Shown here piece after piece: positions 37,262-46,390 of a DNA stretch of 64,000 nucleotides. This DNA comes from Candidatus Eiseniibacteriota bacterium (lineage in GTDB: Bacteria; Eisenbacteria; RBG-16-71-46; CAZAMP01). The DNA lies in contig OZ245046.1 in the NCBI GenBank assembly GCA_965224245.1, forward strand, positions 3,008,001 through 3,072,000, given 5' to 3'. Under the pieces are notes generated by a model. It had not been told where the DNA came from. It did not search any database and worked only from the letters and a program-made list of their open reading frames with translations. Made by a program: the position numbers and the translations under genes. Each line of letters opens with the position of its first letter. Within the stretch, counting starts at the first letter, position 1.

Positions 37262-39002
37262 GCTCCCCCGGTTCGACCCTCGCCCGCAGCACGACCGACG
37301 TGTCCATCGAGGCCGAGAACTTGTCCCTGAGCTCGTCCAGCAGCGCTCGTGTCCGCTTCTCGCGCTGATCGATCGAGCAGTGCTGGAGCACGTGCATCTT
37401 CGCCTCGTCGAACGTCATCGGGATCGGATCGCCGACCGCCTCGATCCGCGCCGCGGTGAGCTTCCCGTCGATGGACGCACTGGCCGTCACGGCACCGACC
37501 TCGGGGTTGACGCCCCGCACCAGGTCGTCGAGACCGTCGTGTTGCGGGAAGTCGCGCTGCATGCCCGTGCGTGCGATGACCTCGACGTCCTCGTCACTCG
37601 CGTGACGCGCGTTCAGCTCCTCGGCGCTCTCACCGGCACGCAACGCCTCGATGAGCGCATTGAACGTGGGCGCGGCCGTGGCACGCACCACGCACAGGTC
37701 CAGATCGGGGGGGTGCTGGTAGTAGTCGTGATACTCCTCGAAGAACGCCTGCAGGTCCTCGGGCGTCGGCTCCACCTTCTGGACGACCTCGGTGCTGTAG
37801 AGCCGCTCGACCAGCGCGAACTCGACTCCTTCCTGCACGCGGCGGGCCTTGTCGGGATCCTCGGTGAGACCGGACGACTCGGCATGGGCCACGAGCGCCT
37901 GCAACGTGATCTTCTCCTGCAGCCACTTCCGATAGGCGTTCGGCTGAGTGATGTCGGGGCGGTCGCTGAGCGCGGTCTCCCAGATGTCGCTCGCCGCATC
38001 GCCGACGCGATACTGGACCTCACCCACCGTGGCGACCACGAGCGCCGCCTGCTCGTCGGTGGGCTCGGGCCCGCGCGGGAAGTTCAGGAAGTCCTCGCCG
38101 AGCGGCTTGCCCTCGGCCTGGATCCGCTTCGCGTCGCGCATCTTCGCCAGGTAGCGATCGCGGTAGTCGGTCTGGAGGGCCAACGCGGTCTCGTAGCCCT
38201 CCTGGTTCCAGCGGACGTCGAGCTTGCTCCAGAACCCGTCCAGGAACTGCGCCCACCGCTGACGTCCCAGCTTCTCGCCGTAATGGCGGTGGAACAGCCG
38301 CGGATCCTGCTCGACGGTCGTGCGCTCGCGCGGCCGCCGCCCCTCGACCTTCAGGATGTGCCAGCCCCGCTGGGTCCACGTGGGCCCGGAGACCTCGCCC
38401 ACCTCGAGCGGGAAGGCCGCCTCGTCGATGCCGGCCAGCGTGCCGTAGCCGAACCATCCCAGGTCGCCGCCGTTGGCCTTCGAGAACGCGTCGATGGAGT
38501 ACGTCTCGACCGCCTCCCCGAAGGCCAGACCACCTTCGATCTCCGCGTGAACCGACTCGGCCTCCTCGCGCGTGGCGAGCATCACGCTGCTGGCGCGGAC
38601 CTCCTCGCCGAGCCACTCGTAGATCTGGTCCATCTTCGCCGGGCTCAGATCCACCTTGGACAGCTCGTCCTCCATGTAGATCTGGATGATCAGCTGGTCG
38701 CGCCGGTGGGCGATGGCCTGGGTCATGCCGGTGGTGTCGCCGCGCGGGTAGTGAGTGGCTTCGTGAGCCATCACGTACTTGTCCAGGAGGCCGCTCGCGA
38801 AGTCGAGCAGGACCGAGTCACGCGTCTCCGGCGTGAAGTCGGCCGGCCCCCGCCGCGCGAACTCCTCCTCGATCACGGACAGAGGTACGGTCTGCCCGGC
38901 GTATCGAAGCGCGATCTCCGACTTCTCTTCCGAGGAGCAGCCGATCGCGCCGGCCACCATGGCGGCCACCAGCGCGGCATGCCGGGTGTTACGAGGACTC
39001 AA
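37248..39002 (-). CDS. PpiC/SurA-type peptidyl-prolyl isomerase lipoprotein
   Basis: GAIGC lipobox-like; YSIDAFSKANGGDLGWF...VSGPTWTQRGWHILKV. Confidence 0.85.
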   Translation of the reverse strand: MSPRNTRHAALVAAMVAGAIGCSSEEKSEIALRYAGQTVPLSVIEEEFARRGPADFTPETRDSVLLDFASGLLDKYVMAHEATHYPRGDTTGMTQAIAHRRDQLIIQIYMEDELSKVDLSPAKMDQIYEWLGEEVRASSVMLATREEAESVHAEIEGGLAFGEAVETYSIDAFSKANGGDLGWFGYGTLAGIDEAAFPLEVGEVSGPTWTQRGWHILKVEGRRPRERTTVEQDPRLFHRHYGEKLGRQRWAQFLDGFWSKLDVRWNQEGYETALALQTDYRDRYLAKMRDAKRIQAEGKPLGEDFLNFPRGPEPTDEQAALVVATVGEVQYRVGDAASDIWETALSDRPDITQPNAYRKWLQEKITLQALVAHAESSGLTEDPDKARRVQEGVEFALVERLYSTEVVQKVEPTPEDLQAFFEEYHDYYQHPPDLDLCVVRATAAPTFNALIEALRAGESAEELNARHASDEDVEVIARTGMQRDFPQHDGLDDLVRGVNPEVGAVTASASIDGKLTAARIEAVGDPIPMTFDEAKMHVLQHCSIDQREKRTRALLDELRDKFSASMDTSVVLRARVEPGEREHG

Positions 39003-39270
39003 GACGCTACCTCCAATGAGTGCGGACGGTCCGGCGCGTCGCTCGGACGGCTCGAGGGGCTTTTCGAACCGAGCGAGGATACCACCGGCCCCGCGCCGCC
39101 TTCAACCGCCACTGCGGGTCCTAAGTAATTCAGCCGCTGATGATTGCGGCCTCAGGGGCCGGGGACTTCCGGCTCTCGGTCCGTGGTGTCGACGGGGTAC
39201 TACCCCGCGCGGTCGCGGTTGCTCCCGGCGATCGGGGACGCCGGCCCCGGGCGAGGGTCCCCCGAACACG

Positions 39271-39307
39271 AGAAACGGCCGCGTCCGAGGGTTCCGGACG
39301 CGGCCGT
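39271..39307 (-). terminator. intrinsic terminator
   Basis: 13-bp perfect stem ACGGCCGCGTCCG/CGGACGCGGCCGT with a short U tail on the minus strand. Confidence 0.75.
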
Positions 39308-39339
39308 GCGCCGAGGCGTTCGAGATGTCTGGCCGAGGA

Positions 39340-40014
39340 CTAGTAGAGAGACTTGATCGCGCTCCAGCTCGCATTCTGAACCGGAGTGGCTTCGTCACAG
39401 GCGCGCCGTCCGTCGCCGGCCCCGTCGCCGGCGATGTCGGCGCTGGACCAGCCCTCGCCCCCGATCGGGTACACCGTGGCATCACCGGCCGCGATCAGTG
39501 CGTCGCCGATGCGCGGATCGGGGTTGACCGTCATCCGGCCGAAGCTGTCGGCGGCCACCACGAAGAACCCGACCTTGGCGAAGCCGTTCGACTGGAAGTA
39601 CTCGCCGCTCTCCCACGTGATCGCGTTTCCGGTCTCGGACTCGGGCCAGGAGCCGAGAAGCGGATCGTTCTGCGGGATCTCCGAGCCGCCCGTGCAGAGC
39701 GTCCACCCCGACACGACGACGTCCTCGTCGTACACGATGCCGAACTGGCAGGCGCCGATGCCGCGGGAGGCCGGCCAGCCCGGGATATCCTCCCACCCGT
39801 AGGCCAGGACGAACGCGAACTGGAGTCCGATGTCGGCTCCGTCGGGCATGATGTCGTCGCACGTGACCGTGTTGTCGTTCACGATTCCGCAGTTCGCGTA
39901 GTCGGGCGCTTCCATGTGCAGCAGGAATCCGTACGGGCTTCCACCCGCCTGCGCGCCGGCGGCGACGCCGATACTCAACAGCCCGGCGCCACAGATCCTT
40001 ACCAACTTCTGCAT
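39340..40014 (-). CDS. secreted beta-rich protein ending in TPVQNASWSAIKSLY
   Basis: Strong RBS (GAGGAGG), signal peptide ending AQA, several Cys, own terminator. Confidence 0.85.
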   Translation of the reverse strand: MQKLVRICGAGLLSIGVAAGAQAGGSPYGFLLHMEAPDYANCGIVNDNTVTCDDIMPDGADIGLQFAFVLAYGWEDIPGWPASRGIGACQFGIVYDEDVVVSGWTLCTGGSEIPQNDPLLGSWPESETGNAITWESGEYFQSNGFAKVGFFVVAADSFGRMTVNPDPRIGDALIAAGDATVYPIGGEGWSSADIAGDGAGDGRRACDEATPVQNASWSAIKSLY

Positions 40015-40236
40015 GCTTAGAGTCCCTCCTCGGGGCCGCGGGTCTCGGCGGCTCCCATCGAACGGCGCCTGGGCCGTCGCCGTTCACGTTGTTGGCCGGG
40101 AATTCCGGCTGATAGAGGCGTCTGCCAACGGGCGGAGGAGTATCAGATTCCCGGAGGACCGGCAACACCTTTCCCGTCAGGAAAGGGTGTGTGCTCCGAA
40201 CACCGTTGGAGGGCGGCGGGTCGGAGCGTGGGTACG

Positions 40237-40269
40237 AAAACGCCCCGGAGCGGCGAGGCTCCGGGGCGT
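40237..40269 (-). terminator. intrinsic terminator
   Basis: 12-bp stem ACGCCCCGGAGC/GCTCCGGGGCGT with TTTT on the minus strand. Confidence 0.75.
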
Positions 40270-40297
40270 GAGCGAACGAGCGAACCGAATGCCGTGC

Positions 40298-40897
40298 TTA
40301 CGGGCACTCCGTTCCGTTCAGGAACAGGCTCTGGAACACGACGAAGTCCGGAAGCGAGACGAACCCGTCGCAGTCATTAACCGGGTCAGGACCGGCCTTC
40401 AGGTCGTGGCAGTCGCTGGCCGTCAGGAACGCCGTCTGGAAGTTGACGAAGTCGGACAGGTTGGACTCGCCCGAGCCGTTGTTGTCGTTCGAGCCGACGG
40501 AGTCGTACACCGGAAGAAGCGTCACGGCACCGGGATCGGCCTCGATGGTGACCGAGGACGGGACGGCGCAGCAGCCACCGACGGCCGGCGCGAACGAGAA
40601 CGTGCCGTCGCCCGCGGTCGTCTGGGCGAGGACTGTCGGCTGCGAGCAATCCGCCAGATCAGAGTCCTGGACGAGGGCCGTGCAGCCACCGTTGAAGATG
40701 ACGCGAACCTCTTCGCCACCCAGAGGGTTGCCATCGGTACCCCGGACCTGGCCATCGAGCGTGAGCGCACCCGAGGGATCCAGGCGGACACACTGCGGGG
40801 TGATCGAGTTCGCCGGATCCGGAACGACGGCACCCGCCGAGCTGACGAGAGCGGCCGTACAAACGACGGCGCCAAGACCGCGCATGAAGCGAGTCAT
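40298..40897 (-). CDS. secreted Ig-like plus dockerin/EF-hand-like protein
   Basis: RBS GGAGG, signal peptide, VPDPANS..., duplicated DxNxxGxxxxxDF-like segments (DNNGSGESNLSDF; DCDGFVSLPDF). Confidence 0.8.
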   Translation of the reverse strand: MTRFMRGLGAVVCTAALVSSAGAVVPDPANSITPQCVRLDPSGALTLDGQVRGTDGNPLGGEEVRVIFNGGCTALVQDSDLADCSQPTVLAQTTAGDGTFSFAPAVGGCCAVPSSVTIEADPGAVTLLPVYDSVGSNDNNGSGESNLSDFVNFQTAFLTASDCHDLKAGPDPVNDCDGFVSLPDFVVFQSLFLNGTECP

Positions 40898-41032
40898 GTG
40901 ATGAAACCTCCACAACTTCGAACGAGATGAATACCCCAGCCTCAGGCCGGGATTACCGTTGATGCCTCCGAAGCGTAATGCTCCCGACGCCCTCCTTGTA
41001 GTGTAGACCGATGACCCTATCAATCGAGCCGC

Positions 41033-41061
41033 AGTATACCAGCGCGCGCCGGAACCGACAA
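41033..41061 (-). promoter_or_regulatory. sigma-70-type promoter
   Basis: Minus strand TTGTCG-N17-TATACT with an extended TG. Confidence 0.6.
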
Positions 41062-41231
41062 CCCCAAGCTGGTCAGGCGCGGGCAACAAGAGCGATCGGA
41101 GCGAGGCACGTCCTCCTGGCCTACGGAGGAGATGGCGGCGTCCCACGCCGCGCGCCCACCGGCAGCTATATCGACAAATCAGACTCGAAATCGGTCAACT
41201 GTAAAATATGGCGATTATTGCGACGAGATCC

Positions 41232-41247
41232 GGGGGGGGGGGGGGGG
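41232..41247. repeat. G16 homopolymer
   Basis: 16 consecutive G, read directly. Confidence 0.9.
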
Positions 41248-41287
41248 CGCCCCGGGGACGCCCTCCGCCGGCCGCGACGGACGATGC

Positions 41288-41364
41288 TGGTGGGCGAAAC
41301 AGGGCTCGAACCTGTGACCCCCTGCTTGTAAGGCAGGTGCTCTGACCAGCTGAGCTATTCGCCC
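41288..41364 (-). tRNA. tRNA-Val (TAC)
   Basis: GGGCGAATAGCTCAGCTGGTCAGAGCACCTGCCTTACAAGCAGGGGGTCACAGGTTCGAGCCCTGTTTCGCCCACCA: cloverleaf, anticodon TAC, encoded CCA. Confidence 0.97.
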
Positions 41365-41429
41365 GAATGCGTCACGTGTCGGATGAGCCGGGGCCGCTTC
41401 CCGGGGCCCCGGGCCCCAGGGGAAGATGA

Positions 41430-41678
41430 TCACCGTTTCAGAATGGCCAGCGGAACCAGCACCAGGTACCCGGCCACGAGGAGAATCGGCGCGAGGGTGA
41501 TGTCGTTCTGCGACAGCAGCACGAACCCGAGCGCGATCACGGCCAGCGCGACCCCGAAGAGCACGTAGTTCTTCCGCGCGAAGGCGGGGCCTTCGATCGT
41601 CCGCGCCGCCGCCTGGGGTGAGCGCGGCTCCGGACCGGTGGCGGCCGCCTCAGGTGCGGCCGGTCGCGTCTTCGTCAT
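41430..41678 (-). CDS. small two-TM membrane protein (DUF3098-like)
   Basis: FARKNYVLFGVALAVIALGF...ITLAPILLVAGY. Confidence 0.75.
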   Translation of the reverse strand: MTKTRPAAPEAAATGPEPRSPQAAARTIEGPAFARKNYVLFGVALAVIALGFVLLSQNDITLAPILLVAGYLVLVPLAILKR

Positions 41679-42537
41679 GGCTAAGTGCTCTCCCACCTTT
41701 ACGATACCCGCCGAGATCCAGCGTCACCCAATCGTACCCGAGCCGGGTCAGCTCGGCAACGACCTCCTCGCGCGCGGCCAGGATCCGGGACATCTCGGCC
41801 GGATCGGCCTCGATTCGCGCGGTCCGGTCGTGGTGACGGACCCGGACGTGTCGGACCCCGATCCGCTTCAACACCGCCTCGGCCGCCTCGACCCGACCGA
41901 GCCGCTCGGCGGTCACGGGGATCCCGGTGGCGATGCGAGAGGCCAGGCACGCCGCCTCCGGCTTGTCCCACGTCGAGAGCGTCATCTCTCGCGAGAGGTG
42001 CCGGATCTCGCGCTTGGTGAGCCCGACCTCGCGAAGCGGGCTCCGGACGTCCAGGTTCGAAGCCGCGGTCATCCCGGGGCGGTCGTCCCCGACGTCCGAC
42101 GCGTTGGTTCCGTCCACGACCGTGGCGCCGGGAACGTCCCGGGTCGCCTCGCGGATCCGCTCGTACAGCTCCGTCTTGCAAAAGAAGCAGCGGTCGCCCG
42201 CGTTGCGCACGTACCCGTCCACGTCGAGCTCGTGGGTGGCGACCCGTCGCGCGGGCACACCGAGGCGCTCGGCGAACGCGGTGGCTTCGGCGAGCTCGGC
42301 GGCGGCGAGGCTCGCCGAGACGCCGATGGCACCGACGACCGGCGGCGGCTCACGCGTCACGGCATCCGGGCCGACCGCTTCGGCCGCGGCCGCGAGCAGG
42401 AAGCTGGAATCGACCCCACCGGAGAGGGCCACCACGACCGGCGCCAGCTCGGCGAGTCGCGCCTTGAGGGCCGTGTACTTGGCCCCCGCGGCGGCGATCT
42501 CCGCTGCCGAAAGGGCCCTCGAGACGGTCGAGGTCAC
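41650..42537 (-). CDS. larE: ATP-dependent sulfur transferase, LarE family
   Basis: PP-loop ALSGGVDS, RCFFCK, DGTNASD, DRPG, WDKPEAACLASRI; start GTG 42537. Confidence 0.88.
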   Translation of the reverse strand: MTSTVSRALSAAEIAAAGAKYTALKARLAELAPVVVALSGGVDSSFLLAAAAEAVGPDAVTREPPPVVGAIGVSASLAAAELAEATAFAERLGVPARRVATHELDVDGYVRNAGDRCFFCKTELYERIREATRDVPGATVVDGTNASDVGDDRPGMTAASNLDVRSPLREVGLTKREIRHLSREMTLSTWDKPEAACLASRIATGIPVTAERLGRVEAAEAVLKRIGVRHVRVRHHDRTARIEADPAEMSRILAAREEVVAELTRLGYDWVTLDLGGYRKGGRALSHDEDATGRT

Positions 42538-42560
42538 GTGCGTCCGTTCCTCTCCGAGGG

Positions 42561-43559
42561 TCACTCCGAGCGAGCCCGGCGAAGGCGTCGCCGGGCGGCG
42601 ACGTGCTCGTCGAACGTCTCGGTGAAGATGTGGGTTCCGTCGGTCGATGCGACGAAGAACAGCGCCCGCGAATCGGGGTCCGGCCACAGCGCCGCATCCA
42701 CGGCGGCGTCGCCGGGGTTCCCGATCGGACCGGGCGGCAGCCCGTACGACGTGTAGGTATTGTAAGGCCCCGGGTCGGTCAGCTCCTCGCGCGATGGGCC
42801 TCGGCCCCGGACGCGCCGCCCGTACAGGAGCGTGGGGTCCGCCTGGAGCATCATGCCTCGCTTCAAGCGACGGTGGTAGACGGCACTCACCAGCGGTCGC
42901 TCCGACGGCACGCGGGTCTCCGCCTCCACGATGCTGGCCAGCGTGAGGACCTCGTGGCGGCTCAGGCCGAGGCTGTCCGCGCGCGCGGCCCGCTCGGGCG
43001 TCCAGCGTTGCTCCGAGGCCTCGAGGAGGCGCTCGACCACGTCGCCCGCGGACTCCGATCCCTCGAAGTCGTACGTGTCGGGGTGAAGGTATCCCTCCGG
43101 GTCGGTCGCCGGGATCCCGAACCGGGACAGACGGTGCCGGTCGGCCGCCGCCGCGACGACCTCGTCCGCCGTGACGTCCAGCGAATCGGCGATCACCTGG
43201 GCGATCTCGGTCAGCCAGAGCCCCTCGGGAATGACGACCCGCACCGGAAACGTCTCGCCCCCGGCCAGCATCTCGATCACCCGGGGCGTCGAGTACGACG
43301 GACTCAGGCGGTAGCGACCGGCCCGCAACGACTGCGCACGACCGGTGAGCCGGGCCCACGCCTGGAACGCCCGCGCGTCTCGCACGAGTCCATCATCGGC
43401 CAGGAGCCGCGCGATGCGGCCCGACGAGGACCCGGCCGGCACCAGCACGTCGCGATGGACGTCGCTGCCGCGGTCCACCGGCGAGAGCCGCCACCCCCCC
43501 AGCGCCAGCACCCCCACGAGGAGCGCGAGACCGCCCCAGACGGCGATTGGCCTCGGCAT
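42561..43559 (-). CDS. mltG: endolytic transglycosylase MltG
   Basis: N-terminal TM, IPEG, EGYLHPDTY, LASIVEAE, LQADPT, PYNTY, GLPPGPIGNPG. Confidence 0.95.
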   Translation of the reverse strand: MPRPIAVWGGLALLVGVLALGGWRLSPVDRGSDVHRDVLVPAGSSSGRIARLLADDGLVRDARAFQAWARLTGRAQSLRAGRYRLSPSYSTPRVIEMLAGGETFPVRVVIPEGLWLTEIAQVIADSLDVTADEVVAAAADRHRLSRFGIPATDPEGYLHPDTYDFEGSESAGDVVERLLEASEQRWTPERAARADSLGLSRHEVLTLASIVEAETRVPSERPLVSAVYHRRLKRGMMLQADPTLLYGRRVRGRGPSREELTDPGPYNTYTSYGLPPGPIGNPGDAAVDAALWPDPDSRALFFVASTDGTHIFTETFDEHVAARRRLRRARSE

Positions 43560-43981
43560 CAGTCGCTCGGCCCGGTGGCACGGGGTCCATCCAGGTAGGC
43601 CTGGAGGATGACGGCAGCCGCGACGGCATCGATGCCGGCCTTGGCGCCGGAGCCGGGAACGGTGTTCATCAGGGATTCGGCCTCGAGGGTGGTGGCGAAC
43701 TCGTCCTGGAGGATCACGGTAACACCGGTTCGCCGGGACAGCACCCCGGCGAAGCGCTCGACGCGCCGGGCGGCGTCGGTGACCTCGCCGGTCTCGGAAA
43801 GGGGATGTCCCAGGACGACGAGCTCGAACGCGTGGTCGCGGACGAGAGCCGTGAGCCGGCGCAGCGCATCGTCTCGACCGGAGACCGCGAGCGTGCGCCA
43901 GGCGTCCGCCAGCCGCCCGTCGTCGGTGGCCCTGGCCAGCCCGACGCGGCGGCGCCCGAAGTCCACGCCCAGGATCTTCAC
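43559..43981 (-). CDS. ruvX: Holliday junction resolvase-like RuvX/YqgF
   Basis: ILGVDFGRRRVGLA, QDEFATT, IDAVAAAVILQAYLD. Confidence 0.92.
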   Translation of the reverse strand: MKILGVDFGRRRVGLARATDDGRLADAWRTLAVSGRDDALRRLTALVRDHAFELVVLGHPLSETGEVTDAARRVERFAGVLSRRTGVTVILQDEFATTLEAESLMNTVPGSGAKAGIDAVAAAVILQAYLDGPRATGPSD

Positions 43982-43983
43982 GC

Positions 43984-44427
43984 TCAGGAGCCCTCGGCCT
44001 CCTGACCGGGGCGTTTCTTGAAGAGTCGTACCTCGGTCCCGCCGTCCGGCCCGAACTCGAACTGCACGTCGTCCATGAAGCTGCGCATCAGGAAGATTCC
44101 CCGGCCGCGCGAGTCCAGGAGATCGGGCCCCTCGTCGATCGTCTCGGTGGTGTCGAGGTCGAAGCCCGGTCCGCCGTCACGAACCCGAACGCACACCTCG
44201 TCGGAGCGGATCTCGAAGTGGAACTCGACCGGCGCGCTGCCGTTGCCCCCCGATCCGTGCTGGATGGCATTCGTGCCGGCCTCGATGACGGCGATCGCGA
44301 GCGCGTCGACGACCTCCTCCTCGAGATCCAGATAATCTCCGAGCTCGGAGATCGTGTGGTTGAGGATGCCGAGAAAGTCGAGGCGACTCGGCACCGTGAT
44401 GCTGATCGACTCGGCGGTACCGGGCAT
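43984..44427 (-). CDS. anti-sigma factor / serine kinase (RsbW-like)
   Basis: AVIEAGTNAIQHG, VRDGGPGFD, GRGIFLMRSFMD. Confidence 0.9.
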   Translation of the reverse strand: MPGTAESISITVPSRLDFLGILNHTISELGDYLDLEEEVVDALAIAVIEAGTNAIQHGSGGNGSAPVEFHFEIRSDEVCVRVRDGGPGFDLDTTETIDEGPDLLDSRGRGIFLMRSFMDDVQFEFGPDGGTEVRLFKKRPGQEAEGS

Positions 44428-44432
44428 GTCGC

Positions 44433-44774
44433 TCAGTCGCCGAAGCGCCCCAGCGCTTCGGCCTCGTCGTTGTACGACTCGAAGATCGTGTTCAGCTTGG
44501 TGACCATGAGGATACTCTCGATGCGTTTCGAGACGTTGAGCAGGCGCAGCATCCCACCCTCGCGCTTGAGCGTGGTGTAGTTCGCGATCAGGATTCCGAG
44601 CCCGGTGGAGTTCACCCACGACACCTTCCCGAGATCGACGAGCACGTTCTTCTGCCCGGCATCGATCGACTCGCGAATGGCGGTGTGAATCGAGTCCGCA
44701 TCGGGGCCGCCCATCAGCTTGCCCTCGAGGCGCAGGATCACGACGCCGTCCTGCTCGTCACGCTTGATCTTCAT
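44433..44774 (-). CDS. STAS anti-anti-sigma factor (RsbV-like)
   Basis: VDLGKVSWVNSTGLGIL (phospho-Ser motif). Confidence 0.92.
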   Translation of the reverse strand: MKIKRDEQDGVVILRLEGKLMGGPDADSIHTAIRESIDAGQKNVLVDLGKVSWVNSTGLGILIANYTTLKREGGMLRLLNVSKRIESILMVTKLNTIFESYNDEAEALGRFGD

Positions 44775-45810
44775 TCGACCCTCCATGGACGCCGGCACCG
44801 CGGTCGGTGTTCGCGCGGTCGTCGGCGATCGCACCCGATTCCCCGAGCGCCGCCACCAGGGCCGAGAAGTCGGCCGGAAGCGGCGCTTCGACGTGCACGT
44901 GCTCGTTCGTGAGGGGATGCTCGAACGTGAGGCTCCAGGCGTGGAGCGCCTGCCGTGTCATGCGGGACAACAGCCGACGACCCTCGCGTCGCGCCGGACC
45001 GGACACCTTCTGGAGCTGAGTCGACCGTCCCCCATACGTCGGATCCCCGAAGACGGGGCGTCCCTCGCTGGCCAAATGCACACGAATCTGGTGCGTTCGA
45101 CCGGTTTCCAATGTTAGTTCAACGTCGGAAACGAAGTCAAACCACTGAATTGTACGGTAGTGCGTGATCGCGGGTTTCCCCACGTCCGTTCGCACCGCCA
45201 TTCGCGTCCGGTGGTGCCGATCGCGGCCGATCGGCGCATCGACGATGCCCTCGCGCTCGAGATGCCCCCAGGCGATCGCGCGGTAGCGGCGGACCAGCGT
45301 TCGCGCCTTCAGCGCGGCCACGAGTCCGAGATAGGCCTCGTGCACCTTCGCCGCCACGATGAGCCCGCTGGTTCCCCTGTCCAGCCGGTGAACCAGACCG
45401 GGTCGCGCCACGCCACCGACGCCCCGGATCGACGGGCAGTGGTGCACGAGCCCGTTGACCAGCGTCCCTCGCCGAACGCCGGCGCCGGGGTGCACCACCA
45501 GCCCCGCAGGCTTGTCGACGACGATCAGCGCGTCGTCCTCGTACAGGACCGCCAGGTTCAGATCCTCGGGCTCGATGTGGCTGGGGGCCGGCTCCGGCAG
45601 CTCGATCTCGACCACGGATCCGGCCGAGACGGCGTAGCTCGCCTTTCGGCGCCGCCCGTCCACGAGCACGTGTCCCTCGTCGACGAGCCTCCGGATCCGG
45701 GACCGCGTGATCCCGAGCGCATCGGTCAGCACCCGGTCCAGCCGATCACCGTGCCGGTCGGCCGGGACCTCGACCCGTCTCGACTCGCCTCCCCGCTCAC
45801 CCCGGGTCAT
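44758..45810 (-). CDS. rluD: RluA-family pseudouridine synthase RluD
   Basis: S4 domain, VVDKPAGLVVHP, GLVHRLDRGTSG, LETGRTHQIRVH. Confidence 0.93.
   Translation of the reverse strand: MTRGERGGESRRVEVPADRHGDRLDRVLTDALGITRSRIRRLVDEGHVLVDGRRRKASYAVSAGSVVEIELPEPAPSHIEPEDLNLAVLYEDDALIVVDKPAGLVVHPGAGVRRGTLVNGLVHHCPSIRGVGGVARPGLVHRLDRGTSGLIVAAKVHEAYLGLVAALKARTLVRRYRAIAWGHLEREGIVDAPIGRDRHHRTRMAVRTDVGKPAITHYRTIQWFDFVSDVELTLETGRTHQIRVHLASEGRPVFGDPTYGGRSTQLQKVSGPARREGRRLLSRMTRQALHAWSLTFEHPLTNEHVHVEAPLPADFSALVAALGESGAIADDRANTDRGAGVHGGSNEDQA
45111..45140 (-). promoter_or_regulatory. internal sigma-70-type promoter inside rluD, upstream of the STAS/anti-sigma genes
   Basis: TTGACT-N18-TAACAT within a patch of atypical AT-ending codons. 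Confidence 0.5.
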
Positions 45811-46390
45811 CGGTGTCCCCCTGGGCCGACGCGTCGCCGTCGAGCGCGGCCGGGCGCCGGTTCACCGACAGAAGCAGCAGGATCACGCCCCCGGTGACCC
45901 CCGCGTCGGCCACGTTGAACGTCGGCCACCGATGGATCCCCACGCCGACGTCGATGAAGTCGACGACCTCGCCCAGCCGCACGCGGTCGTGGAGGTTGCC
46001 GAGCGCACCGCCCAGCACCAGGCCGAGCGCCAGCGCGTCCGACCGGCGCCGGCGAGAGCGAAAGGCCAGGATCAGGATCGCGACCACCGCGATCGTGGAC
46101 ACGACCGCGAAGTACGTCGCGTTTCCCGGCAACAGCCCGAAGAGACCGCCCGAGTTTCGGATGTGCCGGAACCGGAGGCCGTCGCCGAGGACCTGGATGC
46201 CGGGGCCGCCGGGCTCGAGGTTCGTGTTGACGACCGCCTTCGTCACCAGGTCCAGCCCGACCACGAGCACCGCGGCCAGCCAGAAGACGAGCGCGGGCGC
46301 TCCGCCGACTGGCCCGTCTCGCGGGGGCGCGGCGCGAGATGCCGCGGCGTCGGAGGCCGCAGCGGGGCGAGACCCGGGAGCCTCGGTCAC
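45797..46390 (-). CDS. lspA: lipoprotein signal peptidase II
   Basis: LDLVTK, RNSGGLFG, GGALGNLHDR, VVDFI, FNVAD. Confidence 0.93.
   Translation of the reverse strand: MTEAPGSRPAAASDAAASRAAPPRDGPVGGAPALVFWLAAVLVVGLDLVTKAVVNTNLEPGGPGIQVLGDGLRFRHIRNSGGLFGLLPGNATYFAVVSTIAVVAILILAFRSRRRRSDALALGLVLGGALGNLHDRVRLGEVVDFIDVGVGIHRWPTFNVADAGVTGGVILLLLSVNRRPAALDGDASAQGDTDDPG

Noticed and set aside
39340-41288. Genomic island integrated at tRNA-Val
   Set aside because: No integrase and no duplicated tRNA 3' end found by eye.
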